DNA from: Bacteroidia bacterium
GTDB taxonomy: Bacteria > Bacteroidota > Bacteroidia > NS11-12g > UBA9320
Length of the DNA stretch: 64,000 nucleotides
NCBI GenBank assembly: GCA_965216465.1
Contig: CBDCFW010000006.1
Coordinates: 384,001 to 448,000, forward strand
Direction: 5' to 3'
Below are positions 63,206-64,000 of this stretch, in pieces. The notes beneath the pieces were generated by a model. That model worked only from the letters and a program-made list of their open reading frames with translations. It ran no database searches and was not told the origin of the DNA. How positions within the stretch are numbered: the first letter of the stretch is position 1; the number at the start of each line of letters is the position of its first letter. A program made the position numbers and the translations under genes.

Positions 63206-63278
63206 GCGACTTAAGCTAACCTGGTGGAAGCATTGGTCTGAAAAACCAAAGGGCGAGGATCGTAACCTCGAAGTCGCA
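63206..63278 (+). tRNA. tRNA-Phe(GAA), atypical T-loop
   Basis: GCGACTT/AAGTCGC; TTGGT-CT-GAA-AA-ACCAA; T-loop ATCGTAA. Confidence 0.8.
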
Positions 63279-63284
63279 CAATAT

Positions 63285-63356
63285 GGGTTATGGTAGTGGC
63301 ATCCAGCCGAGACTGTAAATCTCTAGCCTTGTAGGGTTCGAATCCCTGCTAACCCA
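63285..63356 (+). tRNA. tRNA-Tyr(GTA), short variable loop, weak D-arm
   Basis: GGGTTA/TAACCC; GAGA-CT-GTA-AA-TCTC; GGTTCGAATCC. Confidence 0.7.
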
Positions 63357-63361
63357 CACAA

Positions 63362-63433
63362 GCTATCTAAGCATTAATGGTGATGCACTGGCCTTGTAAA
63401 CCAGATAAATAGGTTCGATTCCTATAGGTAGCT
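63362..63433 (+). tRNA. tRNA-Thr(TGT)
   Basis: GCTATCT/AGGTAGC; CTGG-C-CT-TGT-AA-A-CCAG. Confidence 0.85.
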
Positions 63434-63438
63434 CATTT

Positions 63439-63521
63439 GGAAAATAAACCACAAAGGTTGTGGACTCTCCTGCTAAGAGATGTGTTCTGCAAAGATTGAG
63501 TTTCGAGTACTCTGTTTTCCG
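63439..63521 (+). tRNA. tRNA-Ser(GCT)
   Basis: GGAAAAT/GTTTTCC, G73; TCTC-CT-GCT-AA-GAGA; long variable arm. Confidence 0.75.
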
Positions 63522-63524
63522 CTA

Positions 63525-64000
63525 GTCGCAGCAACGACAAAGAATGTAATAAAGGGAAAAAGTGGCCCTGTTGCGTGTATTTCTTGTAAAAGATGCACCA
63601 TAGTATGCCCCAGTAGGATGGTATATGCTGCCAGCTTCAAACTTTTTTACAACCAACGCATAGGTCTCGGGTTCGAATCCCGATGCGTCAGATGACGTAT
63701 AGTTCAGATTGGCTAGAACGATGCTCATAGGTAGAGGCTTAAAACCTCACTTACGCTCCACGTAAGTAACTCTTTGATAGAGTATATGATTACGCAGGTT
63801 CGAATCCTGCCTCATTGATGAATGAGTGGCGAAGTGGTAAACGCAGCAGACTTTTAATCTGTTAAACATCCGGAGTTTTTGATTGATTCTCCAAAAAAAC
63901 TGATCCAACAAAGGCAAGAACACCTGGCCGTTTTAAGTGAAAGAGTAATTCGCTTAGTTCTCTTGCAGAACGAAGCAAATCACACCGCAACTCTAAAACA
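63525..64000 (+). ncRNA. Candidate large structured ncRNA with two circularly permuted tRNA-like modules (runs off window)
   Basis: Near-continuous hairpins, no credible ORF; T-arm > closed acceptor hairpin > D-arm order at 63658-63724 and 63794-63862. Confidence 0.7.

Noticed and set aside
63644-63661. TT-TAC-AA as the missing Val anticodon for module 1
   Set aside because: It is out of register with the anticodon stem and has no flanking stem.
61798-63728. Short ORFs listed in the track across the tRNA array and ncRNA
   Set aside because: They overlap tRNA structures and have no protein-like features; treated as shadow ORFs.
63691-63817. Linear tRNA made from the 5' half of module 1 and the 3' half of module 2 with a large insert
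   Set aside because: The acceptor strands TGACGTA and CTCATTG do not pair, whereas each pairs within its own permuted module.
61784-63862. Regularly spaced GGTTCGAATCC-like repeats resembling a CRISPR array
   Set aside because: They are tRNA T-loops inside cloverleafs; there are no identical direct repeats or cas genes.
53060-64000. Prophage or ICE carrying the tRNA array
   Set aside because: No integrase, structural, replication or conjugation genes are visible; it cannot be excluded beyond the window edge.

Overview
AT-rich chromosomal window from a Bacteroidota bacterium (T9SS sorting domains, PorP/SprF, TAnnTTTG promoter elements, conserved mutL-rhomboid-EEP cluster). About 1-42 kb is mostly housekeeping and envelope genes (uxs, ugd, waaA, lysS, ppiD-like, mutL, purQ, TonB receptor), plus a solitary M.HhaI-like methyltransferase and a P-loop kinase/dCMP-deaminase fusion. 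About 42-59 kb is accessory: hypothetical genes, a frameshifted giant T9SS/CARDB protein, short G/C-skewed tandem repeats and a perfect 23-bp inverted repeat. The most interesting locus is the last 4 kb. A WYL regulator fused to a PhyH-type 2OG-Fe(II) dioxygenase is transcribed divergently, across a palindromic operator, from a tightly packed array of 22 tRNA or tRNA-like genes. The array is a near-minimal decoding set with many non-canonical structures. It runs directly into a highly structured non-coding region with two circularly permuted tRNA modules whose acceptor stems are closed by tiny loops; this region continues past the window end. All tRNA and RNA-structure calls were made by eye, without covariance-model scoring.
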